Shown: positions 41,701 to 56,116 of the stretch, piece after piece | Layout: each line of letters starts with the position of its first letter | Numbering within the stretch: position 1 is the stretch's first letter | From: Balanoglossus misakiensis | Taxonomy: Eukaryota > Animalia > Hemichordata | DNA length: 64,000 nt | Assembly: GCA_040954595.2 (NCBI GenBank) | Contig: CM082589.2 | Span: 1,789,910 to 1,853,909 of the forward strand | Reading direction: 5' to 3' | Translations under genes and position numbers: made by a program | The notes under the pieces: generated by a model | The model's database searches: none | The model's input: only the letters and a program-made list of their open reading frames with translations | What the model was told of the DNA's origin: nothing

Positions 41701-42534
41701 TTTCATAAAAAATCTTAGATAAAACCTGAAAGTTTTAAACTTACCAAACGTGTGGTTTTTACTTCTTCAGAATGTTTGGTATGGTGGTAGAGAGTCTTTA
41801 TTTACACGATGTCCAGAAAGTGTCTGGTGGAACTGAACGAAAAATCTGTGCTGTGGGAATCGCCAAAATACTGACAGAATGTCCACAGATGATTGAGGGA
41901 GATTACGCCAAATTATGGTAAGTTCAGACTTTCTTAACCCTTTCTTCTGAATGTATGTTAGCAGAATTAGGCCATATTGACGGAAAACTGAATGCCCTGA
42001 TTTTATGACTGAACATCTGGTAATGACATCACTCTCCATTCCACCAATCACAGGCCACAGTTACTGCAGGCTCTGATTGGTCTATTTGAACTACCAGAAG
42101 ATGAATCGGTTCCGGACGACGAACACTTCATAGAGATCGAAGACACCCCAGGATACCAGACATCGTTCTCACAGCTGGTGTTTGCCGGCAAGAGGGAACA
42201 CGATCCATTTCAAGGAGCCATCCCCAATGCCAAGATCTACCTTGCGCAGAGCTTACAGAAGTTATCTACAGCACGACCGGGCACGGTAGGATGATTTCTC
42301 ATTTGTCAAAAGAACACACATCCTGGACAAGTCTATAGAAAGATCCTTTTGTATAAGCTATGTATTCCTGCCATGATTAATCTTGAGTGGAATTAATGGA
42401 AGGTACAATTAAAAATAGTAATTTGAAATTCTGTTTTCTTGCAGCTCCAACCAATGATCAGTCAGAGCCTACCAGCCGAGGCAGCACAGTTCCTGCAAAG
42501 TTATTTAACTGCAGCAAATGTGGTGTTGGCCTAG
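35768..42534 (+). CDS. CSE1L: Exportin-2 / CAS (importin-alpha export receptor), about 24 coding exons
   Basis: Protein reads MEINAANLQTLASFLQKTLSPD...FKNYIKRNW...QLSDAISIIGREDFP...RYRHEFKSQELWTEIK...DLPEYFEDNM...ELFEDNPEEYIRRDIEGSDVDTRRRAASDL...NPSKPHFNHYLFE...EFMPYVFQ...FQKLIASKSNDHEGF...DDEHFIEIEDTPGYQ...YLTAANVVLA* (TAG at 42532-42534). Confidence 0.96.
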
Positions 42535-44194
42535 ATCCTAGATGTAGTCGCAGAGGAGTCCAAGCATTTAATGACTTTCATACTCACAGAGCTGATACCA
42601 GTGTAAATGGTTATCTGTCTTAATAGAACCAGGGTACTCATTTCATGCATTCTATGATGTATGGTGTTACTGTGCTGTAAGATAATTTGAATAAAGGAGA
42701 TGTATGTTCACATTCTGGAACATAGCTGTATGCACATCACAATACATAGTGTTATATCCAGCAGTGGCATTACATTTTGCAGTAAGCGTTATAGATGTTA
42801 GTGGCATTCAAACAGAAGTTTTCCTGTATAGTCTGAACCTGTTGGTATCACAGAAGTAGAGAATGTGCTCCCCAAGATATTGTCATTGTTTGAATTTCAA
42901 GTTTTGGTTTTTAAGTTCCAAACTGTATCCTTTCACTGCCCATTCCTTTCCAGATTTGTATGCAAAAAGTCTTGATAAACTGATGTAGCCATTTATCATG
43001 TCATAAAATGTGAATGGTTGTGAAAATTATTTGATAAAATTCTGTAATTTTGAACACACACACACCCCGTTGATAAGTCCTAGAATCTTTGAGTGATTGA
43101 GAGTATGAACACGGAAAAAATGATGTAACATTTATTTCTGTTAAAACTGTTGAGGAGCTGGTGTATTTTGTTATGACATAGATCAGATAGATACCCTGTC
43201 TTTATAGTTGGATAAGAGAACACGTAGTTCTGTATTTAGGAACTGTTTTGTGTTTGGCATATATGTATCTTGACATAGTAAATGTATGTACACTTTGATA
43301 AAATCCACATTTGCTTGAACTATGGAAGTAGAATAAACAGATAAATAGAATGTTCCATTTTGAAAAGCTTTGGGTGTTTGAATTATTTCCCATTAAGTTT
43401 TACAATGGACTGGTGATTTTCGCATTCATGGGAAAAAAATCACTAGGAAAATAAAAAAATCCTCCGGCCCTGCCCTGGAAATAAATTCTGAACAGTCCCT
43501 TTCAGTCAATCTCGATTTTTTAGCGATTTTTACTGAGGACTTTTTTGCAACGCGTGATTTGAAATACAATTTAAAATCCTTTGACGTCGCGTTTTTATGA
43601 TTTTCTCGAGAATAAACCTTGATTTTTAAGCTCGAAAAAAAGCGATTTGTTCTCTACCATTCCAAATCCAAGTACAATTTCTATTCTAGAAACCCACGAA
43701 CAAACAGCAAACGTTATCTAAATGGGGAAAATATCAAAAACCAGGACGTAAATTCGCGTAAGAACACGTAAAAAACTCCTTTCTATGAAATGGACACAGC
43801 CGCCATGACGTTCTGGGCCCGGCGTGTCGTTGCCATTGGTAACGTGGTTGTCGTCTGCTACACTATGTAGGATCTTCAGCAGTCAGTCAAAATTTCCGTG
43901 TGCGTCTATCCGCTAAAAGTGCTCGCAAAATTCTCAACGTACTATTTTCTATTTCAGTTCAGTTTCGCTTCAACCTTTACTTGGCTGGTCTGTTATCTGG
44001 GTGCGTTTCGTGGTCAGGGCGGCAATTTCAAAGGATAAAATTGCGGACGCTCGTTTGAAAAGTTGACACAGAAAGTGGCCCTTTCTGCTTCATTTCAAAA
44101 TGGCGGGCAAGAGGGGGATCGGTGTATCTCCGTCCTAACCAAGAATATGCTGAAATTTTGACTGAACTGTGCCAAATTATCAGTAATTTCCGTC

Positions 44195-44445
44195 ATGCAA
44201 GGTGACTGGTGGCTTCAAGGTTCGCAGCAAAATCCCCGGGAGGCAAGAGAAGAGTCGCAAGCTTCGCTCGGAGTGCCATGGAACAACAGGATACCAACAT
44301 CTCCCAATATCGTCACCCTGAACGTGCAACCCAAAATGGACAGTGAATTATCCTCGGAGAGACAGCCAATTCCACCAGTTGACAAATTTGTAGCACAGCA
44401 ACGAAGAAGGAAGGTGCCATTTCAACAAAAATACGTCCTCCGTGA
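44195..44445 (+). CDS. Candidate first coding exon A of an unidentified large-intron gene
   Basis: CpG-rich promoter-like region at 43760-44140 with an X-box at 43829 and a YY1 motif at 44096. The ORF MQGDWWLQ...QKYVLR ends at GA/gtaagc (phase 2); an alternative donor C/gtgagt is also possible. Confidence 0.5.
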
Positions 44446-44876
44446 GTAAGCTCATTAATTTAAAATTGAGTGTCTTGATTTAGAATATACAGCAATGAGC
44501 TTGGTGTGTGCATTGTCCATTTCATTTTATGTCCCCCAATTAAATGTCCATACAAATCTGTCGGCAATCTGCTTTACACTGCTGTATTTAAGCAACTCTT
44601 GCATGTTGTTTTGACTTGCCATTATATATAGCGGCAAAAGGTGAGGATTGAGTAAACAACAGCTCTACAGGTAACGGGAGTTCACGTTTTTTTTTTAATG
44701 CAACACAGGCCCACTGACAATGGAACAGGTCAAGCCAAGCGTCGGATTCTCCCACTATCTAGACCGTCAGATCATAAAAGGGTTAGTAATTTTCTTTTCC
44801 GTTCTTTTTGTTGCCAACCATGCATGCGATAAACAGACATGACTATTATATAGTCTTCACAAAATATTAGCTTAAG

Positions 44877-44903
44877 CGCAGTCCCTTAAAAAAAGGGACT
44901 GTG
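44877..44903. mobile_element. 27-bp palindromic insertion with a 7-bp target-site duplication
   Basis: CGCAGTCCCTT-AAAAA-AAGGGACTGTG flanked by GCTTAAG at 44870-44876 and 44904-44910. Confidence 0.65.
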
Positions 44904-47900
44904 GCTTAAGACATTCCAACATGCCCAGTGACACATTATTGACACGCGAAACTCAAAGTTTCTTTGTGGTCGGCAACTGCGCGGAATTCTGCTGGGTTTG
45001 TTTTACGACTGAAAAAGTCAAATGTTAGGTTATTCTGTGTCGTTGATATGTATTAAGGGTGAGTGATTAGACGGAGCCACTCTCAAAATGTCTCCAAGTT
45101 AAACAAACCGGTGCTTGTGTGGCGGACAAAAAATCTGGAAGTGTGGAATATGAATGGATGTCTTACACTTCCACGAAGGAAAACTATGATGGGACGATTA
45201 TTTTCGCATTAAACCAATATACTAAATGCTTTATTCCATTTGCTTGGACAAGCACAAACGAGGATAAAAAAACAGCTCCAAACTGTAAAACTCTCAATAT
45301 TGTAATCTGTTAATCCCTTACAAAAAACTGTACCACTGGGATAACTAAAGTGTTTACTTCAGCCAACAAAAGCGTATGGCATTTCAATTCTCAGATAAGA
45401 ACAGCAACTCAGTGTCTCTTGATTTCAAAAGACTTGTCATGAATACAGAAAAATGGTCCAATCACAGAATGCCCATGTTGTTGTGAATGAATCCAGGCAG
45501 TCTGTTTTGAGCCCACTTTATTGATAAAACTGTAAGAGTATGTATTGTGATTTTTCTCAAAGGAAGAATGAGTCAGTGTTTCAACAAACACTGTACTGTG
45601 TGTTTTTATATTTTGCTTAGAAACATCACGTCATGTCACCGCTGGTACATAAATTGTAATTAAGTTCTGATCAGATCATAATGTGATGTTGCCAGAACCA
45701 GTCTGCAATTCTCAATTAGAAGTTTACTAATTATGTTTGTTTAGTCTAATGAGATCATATAGCAACCACCTGTGTTTTGGCAACCAGATGTACTAATCTT
45801 GTATGTAAATGCCTTAAGCAGCTGCTCATATTTACAGATAACGAGATTAAACAGTTAACACACACAGTCTTGTGTGTATAGTGTATACACACACCAGTGT
45901 TGTTGAACAAGCTTACACTTATGCCAGCTTTTAAATATACTAATGGGATTTCTGAATGGATCCTATCACCAACATTTCATTTCCGTACGTACTCGCTGGA
46001 AGACATGAGGTTCAGTACAGTCACCTCAAAATAAGAAACTTCGGATTCTGCCTGTAGAGGGCAGTATTCATTTTCTGGTAGAAATTGACATCTACAGCAA
46101 TTTACTTCATATTGTACTTGATGGGAAACTCTACAAATTACACTGAGGAATGACATTGCCCTTTTTAAGAAAAGGACCATGTCACCTTCACATGGTTTTG
46201 CGGAAACTCATCAAGAATTTATGATGGAGGCAGATTGAGCTGACGTACAGTTCATTGTGTTAACTGTCAATGAACTCTCTGACTTACAGGAAAAACGTCA
46301 GAGAAATACTCCAATGACAAGTGGAGTAGTTTAGCTTCATGACTTTAACTTGGAAATGACATTTTTCTCATCAGATGTTCTTATATTTTATTTTTTCAGT
46401 ATGCATTATCACATTGAGCCATTTTGAATGGTCAGAGAGATTTTCTGTTAAACGTACATTTGACTTTGCTCTTGGGAGGGAACACATACCTCATATACGC
46501 ACACACACTTAAGTTGAATAAATAATTACAGTTGAACAAACAGGTTGCTGAGACTGCAAAGGTTGTCAGGAATCTCACAACCTGTGTATTTTATATTATT
46601 ACCTTCTGTCAAGGTTTGATTGAGATAGACGATTTTCTATTTATTAATGCCATTCCAATGAAAGATTTATATAGCATCAGTGGTAGTTCTGATGACATGC
46701 AAGTCTGAATTATACTGCCTTTGATGAAAATGTAATTGGAACCTCATGGTTGAGTGGTTGCCATGGAAACCAACATGAAACTTGTTTGCGCAGAATTGCT
46801 TTTCTTCAATGGATTAGGTTTTGAAATCCAATATGGAGAGTAATAGTGAAGGAATTAATTATTTGTTACATACGATGTGTACAGTAATAGTAGCAGTGTA
46901 ACACAATAACACCTTGAATTATTCATCTACTGTTGTGTTGGGAGGCATGCACATACAGTCCTTGAAACGCCATGTACATGTCCACTTAATTGCGCCATGT
47001 CGCTGTTCATTTGGAGAATTATGAACACGCGTCAGGGGAATTGACACAGACGGATGGTGCTCTGTGCGAGAATTAATTTCATTTCCGTAATTTACGACAG
47101 CTGTCATCCGCGATGTGTGGAGTTTTCTAAATGTCGGAAATAAGGGGTGCAGAGGTCAATATGGAAAACGCTCATTGTATTCATATCGGAGAAATTGACA
47201 TGTTTTGAGAAAACGTAGGTTGAATCAAATTTATGTTTGCCTCGTAATTGGTGCCATTTCTATGCTTTCAAGATATTGCTGCGATATTACACCATAAATA
47301 TTAGAAACACATTTACAAGGCTCAGATTGGGAAATCTGTGTCAGAAAGATTTTATAGAGTAATACATCGCATGACTCAGAATTAGTACTACGCAGTCTCA
47401 GCTCTGCAGTTGAAACATAAAAATCTTGAGTGTAATCTGATCGTGAAACATGACCAGCAGTGTTAGATTCACTGAGATCCAACAATCAAATCTTAAGGTG
47501 AGTCTCATTTTATGATCTTCTCAATAAACAGGGTGCTCGAGTCACTATGGTTATATTGATTGAGAATGCCTACTACCTTAAGACTAATTAACTTCCATGA
47601 GTTTGGAGATAGCACCCTGATATCAAAAGGGTTGTAATTTCACAAGTGGGATTTCATCAAGTTTTTATGAACTACAAATACCTGAGTTACAGGGTGTGTG
47701 CAAATCCACCAGCATGATTTATGTGTGGGAACCGTTTAAATTACTTGGTGGTCATGATTTTGTCACAACCTTGAACTAGACTTTGAGCTTGTTTACTTGT
47801 AACTTGAGGATTGCACTTTGCAAATTCAGATCATAGATATGAACATCCATGGTCAGATTGAACCAATTAATAGCTTGGATGTCAGTATGATTTTTTCACA

Positions 47901-49007
47901 GCTTTAAGATTTTTGATTTCAACATTATTCATTAAAAACTCCGAATGAATGACAAGCAAAATCTGGGGGATTTGTTGCCAGTGGTGTAGCACTGGTATTA
48001 ATTAAAAAGCCGCGGCATGTTCAAATAGGAGCAGTCACTCCCGGATTTATGTCAAGTGGTTACCAATGAATGATGTTTGCTCAAGAATTTACAGCAAAAT
48101 AAAAACAAATTTTGCACCCTTTTCACAGTCAAATAGTGTTGCCTGACATACAGGACAGAAGCGCTTGAGTGATAGTTGCTCTGGGCCGGGAATGGTCCGT
48201 GGCAGTTATTGAGCGTGCTGAGTACATGTCCTTGGATGTCAGTGCTCTCATTGACTCGCATGCTGACTTGATTGCAAATCAACGGCTTGAAGAGCGAAGT
48301 GCTCTGAGCAGGAGTGTTGGAATGTACGACAGCAAAAGCTTGAAGGGTTCGGCATTCTGCAGTGATGTGTGCTGAAATGCAGTACGGATCAGGGGTCAGT
48401 TCATGGTGACAACAGTTATCAGAGAGGTCCTCCGCTGTCCATTCACAGACTGCAGAAGCACTTCTACCACTGCAAGTGTCCTCTGTCATTTGAAACTGCC
48501 TCTTATTCACACCATCCAACAGACCAGTGGATGCTCTGATGATTGTGCACACAGCTGTGATCAAGATTTCAGGAACACAGACCGAAATCCTCAGAAAACT
48601 TTCCAGTGCTTGAAAGAGCTGAACTTCTTTGGACATTCACATTATTACAATGTACAATGACGGATGCTGACCACAAGCTCTAAGTATTGTATGCAGCATA
48701 TTCAAAGCACTGACTGTACAGACCTAGATCAGACTGTTCACAGATCATTGCATAACCCCGACACAGGATAAACATTAACTTTCGCTTTGACATCGCTGAA
48801 GCTGTTTTCATCAACAAAGACGATACTTATCCTCACAGTACTCCAGCCATTTACAATAGAACTTAAGAAGTCATCAGAAAGACAATCAAGTTGGGGAAAG
48901 TGCTCAAGAAAGGATTAAAGCTCCAAACATTGCGCAAGACGGCTAATTCTGGTATTGCTGCACTGAAGGTAAAGAATTGTATAAATGGGGAGTGAGTTAA
49001 AATTGCC

Positions 49008-49028
49008 TGGGGGGGGGGGGGGGGGGGG
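49008..49028. repeat. poly-G tract
   Basis: About 21 consecutive G. Confidence 0.85.
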
Positions 49029-50124
49029 TACACCACATAATTACCAAAGTTAGTCAACTTTAGACTTGCTGGTAATTTCCAACACAAAAGCTGATCAGCG
49101 TGGACTGTAATGCAATAAACCCTAACTGTTTCATTCCTGTTTGATGTAATCCGTTATTTGTTCACCCAGTTCAGTCAAGAACACAAATGTCACTCTATTA
49201 GCAAGGCACAAAAGGAGAGACTTTATTTCCCATAACGCTTTTTAAAAATTTACGACCTTTTCAGCAGTGATCTATTCAATCGCTATAAAGAGATAGAGCT
49301 GGCACAATAAAGGTGGCTTGTTTAGAACCGAGAAATGAGCAAGTTAGATCGCTCGTTGAATGCACTGCAAATGTATTGATGCTTTCCAATTTCACGTTTC
49401 ATTGGCAGTGCATGATCTCTCACCTGACGTCTCTAATGCAAAATTATCCGCTGTTCAAACCTTGCTTCAGAGACACCAAGAGACAGTGCATGGTAATATT
49501 CCGTGTGCCGTCTTGTTTGTATTGACGGATTTCCATTGTGAAAGAAGACATTAGGACTCAGAGTGAGAATAGAACTCCTAGTGGATTACAGACACAAGGG
49601 AATACAGGTCAACCGTTAGTTTTGCTGTCAGAAGAGTATATATGACCTAGGAATGAATGGAAGGAGAGCTGATTACGCCCTATACGTGCGATTTATTGCC
49701 ACTATAGTGTATTTGGATGACCCAACAGTCATTGAGGACTGCCTGGTTGGACTCTGAGTTATAACTTCTATGGATGAAGGACTTCAACAACTCTCTTCTC
49801 TTGATCGTAGAGTTCTGCAGTAAGCAACTTCCATCAAACAGAACCAACTTGAATTTTCTTACATGTACATGGTTACGCAGATAACTTTATCTGAACAGTT
49901 TGTGCCGTGCCATATTCCAAATCACAGGTGACCTCATTTCGGTACATCTTTTGATCTGGATAACATCTCCATGGCAACTGTTGTCATGACACTCAGATGC
50001 TGATACCGGAGAGCTGCAAGCCATCTGCAAGAAACAACAGCGGAAACCTTGACAGTTAACCTGATTAACATACACGCATATACTCAGTACTAAGGAATAG
50101 CTTAGCTCAAATCTTGCCAACACC

Positions 50125-50312
50125 ATGAACTTCAGGGGATTTGTTGCCCATCTTGGAAGCGATAACAATGTCTCCTTTCAAAGAGCATACTCACCGAAGG
50201 ATAAGGAGTCGTTGATTTTGAAGCCGAGAATACCACCGCCAAGGAAACGCTTGGCTTCTCTGCTCCGGTCAACAAGGACCAGCCCTGATGAGGAAGACCT
50301 CTCTCTGCCTTT
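50125..50312 (+). CDS. Candidate alternative first coding exon B
   Basis: Kozak-like CACCATG. The open frame MNFRGFVAHLGS...SPDEEDLSLP ends at TT/gtaagt (consensus donor, phase 2). X-box-like motifs lie about 150 bp upstream. Confidence 0.5.
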
Positions 50313-53300
50313 GTAAGTCATTCATCTATTCTTACATTTTCCTTCGGGATGGGTTGGGTTTTATACAGCTTTGAAGTATCGCCTAAAATAAATGACATGT
50401 GATTATGCAGAAAGTCTGGTGTCCTCTGATTTGAATACCAAGATATATTCTATTGTGTCTTGTCTCTAAAAAAAGACTTTCTCAAGCTAGCTATCTCGAC
50501 TGAAAAAAACCCAACAACTTCAAACAATATGTATTTTTGCATTTCTTCGTCTCTGGTATGTCACAATCAACAGGTGGTTGCATGAAAATAGAAAATTTTT
50601 GTACTGAGACAAACTGTCCAAGAGTATTTCCAATTAATTAGTTAGTGTTACATGTTTGTACAATAATACACTCTCTTTTTCAATATGAATGAATGCACAA
50701 TCAGAGAACCTTGTCCTTTATAAAATTAAACCATCCTTTCTCATTTTCATTGGTTGATTTCTGTTGACACAATGAAGTAGCAAGTAACTGTCTCCCGTTA
50801 TAGTGAACTATTATAAAGCCAATAGAATGGTTGTTGTCACCAGCAATAAAAGAATAGGGATAAAATGTTTATAGATTAGTGGCAAATCAATACATTTTAT
50901 CACCCTGATTACTAAGTGAGTTTGCTTGTTGGAGAGTCTGTTGTCAGATTTCATCTTCCTTGATGTAAGGTTATGTTTGCAACACTGTCTTATGACCTGT
51001 AGAGGGCGCCTTGCAACGTTAACTGTGCTTGACTCCAGACTAAAAAAAAAAGAACTTCTGAAAGAGTTTCTACCAGAGTTTCTACCAATTCTGCCATTCT
51101 GATATATTAAAATCATAGGTTCATGTGTATTTTCATAAACAAATAAAAACCTGATGCTTCTTTTTCCATTGAAGCATGCCGGCTTGTCCAGTACATTGAT
51201 GTGTTTCTAAGATACAGAGCACACAGTTAACGAAATAGTGTGGATTACGACCGGACATTGTAGAGACAGGCTTTTCTGTGTAGTTAGGGTGATTCTTGTC
51301 ATTCACCATAGCATCCTCCATAAATCAAGATTACTGTTGAAATTGTCTCACTGTATTGACATGGATCAATAGTATGCACACTAAATGCATTCCAGTGGAT
51401 AGCCTAGCTGTTACAACTATTAGCAAACAGTCTGGCAAGATTAGCACTGGTCAATGGCCAGTTCTGGTCGACTTCCATGTTTGAAAGACTAGGCTTCCTG
51501 TTTATTTTGAACGAAATGAAGTTAGAGTCAAGTATTGCCTAGTATTTAATATTCCCAACTATTTGTACAGTTTCCACATCTGTCCGAGTCGTTTAATAAT
51601 ATATGTTCAAATACTGATATGTCCTCAGGCTGTCAGTAATGAAAATCCATAATAATATCTCCCTTTTATGAATATTAAGCGGTCATCACCTTTAGCATCT
51701 GTGCCTGTTTTAATTAAAGCAAAAGGAAATTAAACTCCACAGCAAGATAACGGCCATATTTCTATGCACATGTCATGTAATACTTTACTGGTATGAAATC
51801 TACCATATATTAAGTGTAATTTTATCAGGATATTCAGCGAACAGAACCTCTTCAGCACTGCAGGAAAAGACAATCATGTTCTCTGAGAAAAGTCTTTACA
51901 GGAAATTAATGTCCTTAGAAAGAAAAATATACATGTATATCTAGTTCATAATGTCACAAGTTACTATGTGTTCAGAGTCAACCAACATGAACAAATAGCT
52001 TCTACACCCACTTGTTTTATGAAGTGGCTACATGTCCACTTGCCAATCAACCATTATTATCTGGCAGATCATCAAATTTGTTTGTTACCGTGGATACTAC
52101 CTAGCAATGCTGAGAGTGAAATGTCACCCATTCCAGGTATCCAATAATCCAAACAATTTACAGACTCATTTAAGCAAGTCACAAAAAAATTTAAAAGCCA
52201 GGAAGTTATATTTACTCAATTAAGTGTGTTAATTACATTCAAACATACTTAACCTTTTCCATCTTGTAAGTTGTAGCTACAATTGTTTTGTTGACATTAA
52301 GGCAATTGGCTCAAAAATTGATCAGTGTAGTATGTACAGTAATATGAGAGATATAATATTGTATGCAATTTTCACTGTAAATAGATTGTCATGTGAAACA
52401 AAGCAATGTCAATACAAAGCAACCTTGTCCCTTTCATTGCGGCAGGAGTTCACGTCACATTTCTTATTCTTCAGTAACCGTGAGTTACCGAAGCATGATC
52501 TAATGACAGTTGTTCCATCTACTCAAGCAGCATGGCGTTCTAAAGCTCATCGTACGTGGTGTGCTTTTCAACTCACAGCCATTAAACACACAGTGGTGTT
52601 TTCCCACTAGTGTGTACATCACCACGGCAACAGCAGTTGCAAGGGATGTGATGCGAACAATATGAATGGGAACACACATGGCAACTTAAGTTTCCATTCT
52701 TTAGTCCCAAAAGGAAGCCCATATAGCAGCCAGACAATAGGGGATATTTGTGTAGCTTATTAAACAATTATAACTGCAAGCCTACGGTTAATTTAAGTCA
52801 TTCTCGTATTTGTATTAAAGTTGGCGTCACTTAACATGGTTGCACATTCAAATACCTGATTAATAAAGGTGGCACAGTCAAGAATATGTATACCATTACT
52901 TATGCCTCTGGCTTTTAAAAAATCCTCTAATGTTGTTGGAAAAAGAATTTAAGTATACTGTAGGGATCAGGAAGACAATTAAGATATGAATATCTCTGCC
53001 TGTTTGTCTCTGTCTCTAAAAAAAATAAAAAAATAATAGTTCATTTGCATATAATTTCCTGTGTTTTTATTTTCCCTAATCTGATGTAGTGGCTCAAAAC
53101 CACTCGTTAATTGCCACATTTATCTTCTTTTAGCTAATTCTTTAGAGAGTGAAGTAGATACACAATTCACTAGTCCAGAGGGAGTCTAGCTGATTAAACC
53201 ATCCATTGAGATGTTGCAATAAACATTCCAATTATTTGGTTTATCTGAAGTCGGCTCCCAGAGATGTGATCAACACAACCGCTGTTGTGTGAAAAATTGT

Positions 53301-55051
53301 TCTCACTAGTTCATTCCTTTGGTAGCACTTGAAACAAATGAGATATCGGGGAGAATGATGACAGCATAGATGGTTTTATCCACGGGCCTTTGTTGCCATG
53401 GCAGCCAATTTATAATGGAATCATCAGTGAAGTTATGGCATTGTGTGTGTGAGGTGACAGGGAGAGTATAACTGTCCTTAAAAGGTTGGGATTTACAATG
53501 CAAGTCGGTCTTGTGTGATATATATTAACCAGTGCATGACCTTCCCCGACATACTGTGTCAGGTGTATCAGTAGCTAGGTTGGCTGACTTGCACAGGTCA
53601 TTGCAGCCATTGCCAAGTTCATAAACAGGCAATGTCGTGAATTGAGTTATCAGGAGTCGTAATGTTCACTCATGGCAACAATCAGCATGCTTGGCAATTT
53701 TGAAGGATATCCTGTCGATGCCGACTCAAAAACAGCTGCTTGGAGTTGCATGGACACTGTATTTGAAACTCCTCGGGGATATTTATGACTTTGAATTTAT
53801 GAATGATGAATCACAAGGCGTTACAAGGAAGCAGATGTAAAATCACCCTGATGGGTTCATGTCCCTCAAGACGAATGATAACGATCATCATCAGACAAAA
53901 CTGATAGCAATGGTATAAATTAACAAACTGAAGTAACAATTAATAAACACTAAAATTGATAGCTTTATTAGAACTCCCTAATGTTTAATATTTTAACAGC
54001 AGACACCATTAACACTTGCTCTTCATACAAATATACAAATATTTTATCAGTACAATTAAGATTTACCCAATGATGTCTAGTGAGTCCTTACAGGAAAATG
54101 TTAATTGCCGGTCATGTAACTGAACATATGCTGACTCCTCCCCTTGTACAGAATCAGGTGTGCTGCGCTGTGCTTAACTTCATGAATAATGTATTCCATT
54201 TCAGGTAATTTAATTTCTGAGCTCTCAGCTGGCATGTATATATATTGCGTTGTTACGGTAGATTTGAACACATAGGCAGTTAAATTGTGTAACAGCGTGT
54301 TAAAAAGCCAAATAGACCAGGACTGGCAGTGAGTTTTGCTTTATTTATTTGTTTTATGTGAGGATGATTTACAGCGATTGCCTTGAGACTTGCAAATGAA
54401 CTCAACAAGATGTAGCGGAGAAACGGCTCATTGTCACACACGGTAGGCAGGCAGGCAGGCGTCTGTCACTAGCAACCATATCTGGTGAACTAAGGACACG
54501 GCAAAACACCTTGTGTGTGGAGGGAGTGTGGACACACTCACAGCATCCCGGCGACATGTGTCAGTAATCAGAGGGTGGCTTGTCACAAACCTGTGGCGTC
54601 TGAGTCTGAGTGGACCAAGTCGTAAAAGAAAAAAAAGAAACTCATGATGGGACATTATTGTCAGCTACAGAGGACCATTGTTAAGGTATTGTTTAGTGCC
54701 CATTGATGTGGAAGCCTAGAGTTTCACCAATGGCATTGTGGTGTTGTTGCTGTTCTTCACTGGATAACGTTTATAATACAGCCGGTATTTCACCTGTGTG
54801 TGGACACTGGACCAAGGCACGCGACAGTATTGTCCGAAGCAAAATGCTCAACTCTCTAATCGAATTAGTCTCGGCGATGTCCTTCAGGTGTTTTTTTAGC
54901 AAAATTGTTTTATTCCGGTTCTCTGTGAAACTCTTCATCGTTTGAGGACACGGACTTGTCTGTGATGATCACTGATGCGGCTTTAAACCTCAGGTGACGG
55001 GGTTGACTAAGATTTTGTTGTTGGTGTCTCGTGTATGTGTGTGCATGACAC

Positions 55052-55305
55052 ATGGCGAAAGTGACAGCCCAGGACATAATGGCAAGCTCTGTGCTTTATC
55101 GCATCTCTGCCAGACATAGAGAGCGGCGGAAACAAATGTTTGACCCCAATATAATCGCCGAAAAAAATGACAGACCGCACACCAGTCAGGGGGTAGAATC
55201 CCGACCTCACTCGTCACCAAATGCAATACAGAATGGAAAACCTCGCATCAGAATGTACATCAAAGGAAGGCCTCTGGGTCGACTTAGAAGTGCTGTCTCA
55301 GAATG
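55052..55305 (+). CDS. Candidate alternative first coding exon C
   Basis: ATG at 55052 or 55079. The hydrophilic, basic ORF ...GRPLGRLRSAVSE ends at TG/gtaatt (phase 2). Local CpG enrichment. Confidence 0.45.
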
Positions 55306-56029
55306 GTAATTATGGAATTTATTGATTTTTGATCCGTAATCTGAACCATCAATTTAATCCCCTATTGAATCAAGAGGTTAAATCTGTTCGTAGCAAAAGA
55401 CGTCAACGATTTTTACTTCGATCACGCAGCAGATGGTGACGCCTTTGAATGAAACAATCCCCAAACACATGAGTTCCATTTGCCAACTGTGACCTACAGG
55501 TACTGGCACTCGATAACAACACTACAGATTTTTATTAATAAATCATTTCCATGACAACCAGCTAGTGCTACAATGACACTGACATTCAGTAGCTGACAGT
55601 CAGTGCTAAATCAAACACTTGGCATTGTCATTAAAATCAACTTTACTTAAAATTTATCACTGTGCATACAGGAATTCCCCAATACACATACATGAATTCA
55701 TCAATGCATTTCAAGTTGATGAAAGCATTTGAATTTCAGTGTAAAATTATGCATCAAGTATAAATGCCTTTTGTAGCAATGACCAAAAATTGTGAAGAAT
55801 TTACAGACACAAATTTGTCTTAATTGTGTCAAGAGCCTCTTGACATGATTTCACTAACATCAGGTGTATGTCATTCTCAAAAGTGTACATTTTCAAAACA
55901 CTTTTTTCCACGAATATGTTCACTAAAGTAATACATGTATAACCCCACTGAGATGAAGCAAATCTAATAAATAATGGATTTCAAATTTGTCTTCAGATTA
56001 ACTTTGTTGTTCTGAAGCCAGTGTATTAA

Positions 56030-56116
56030 CCCTTTCACCCTATTTCCCTGTGCAGAGGTCCAACTTTGCCACAGGAAACAATGGATTTGGAACATTAAAA
56101 CATGATGGAGAGAGGG
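56030..56116. mobile_element. 87-bp piggyBac-like MITE
   Basis: TTAA at 56026-56029, then CCCTTTCACC...GGAGAGAGGG, then TTAA at 56117-56120. The internal AGGAAACAATGG also occurs near 15606. Confidence 0.65.

Noticed and set aside
43440-43500. Possible Harbinger-type TIR end (AAATTCTGAACAGTCCCT)
   Set aside because: No matching opposite end found in the window.
47450-47497. Short ATG-to-donor segment MTSSVRFTEIQQSNLK/gtgagt
   Set aside because: The donor is good but phase 0, which is incompatible with the phase-2 set as a coding exon. It might be a UTR exon, but this is unsupported.
48052-48660. 194-aa minus-strand ORF and overlapping plus-strand ORFs
   Set aside because: No domain, transposase or RT motif, and no clear splice boundaries.
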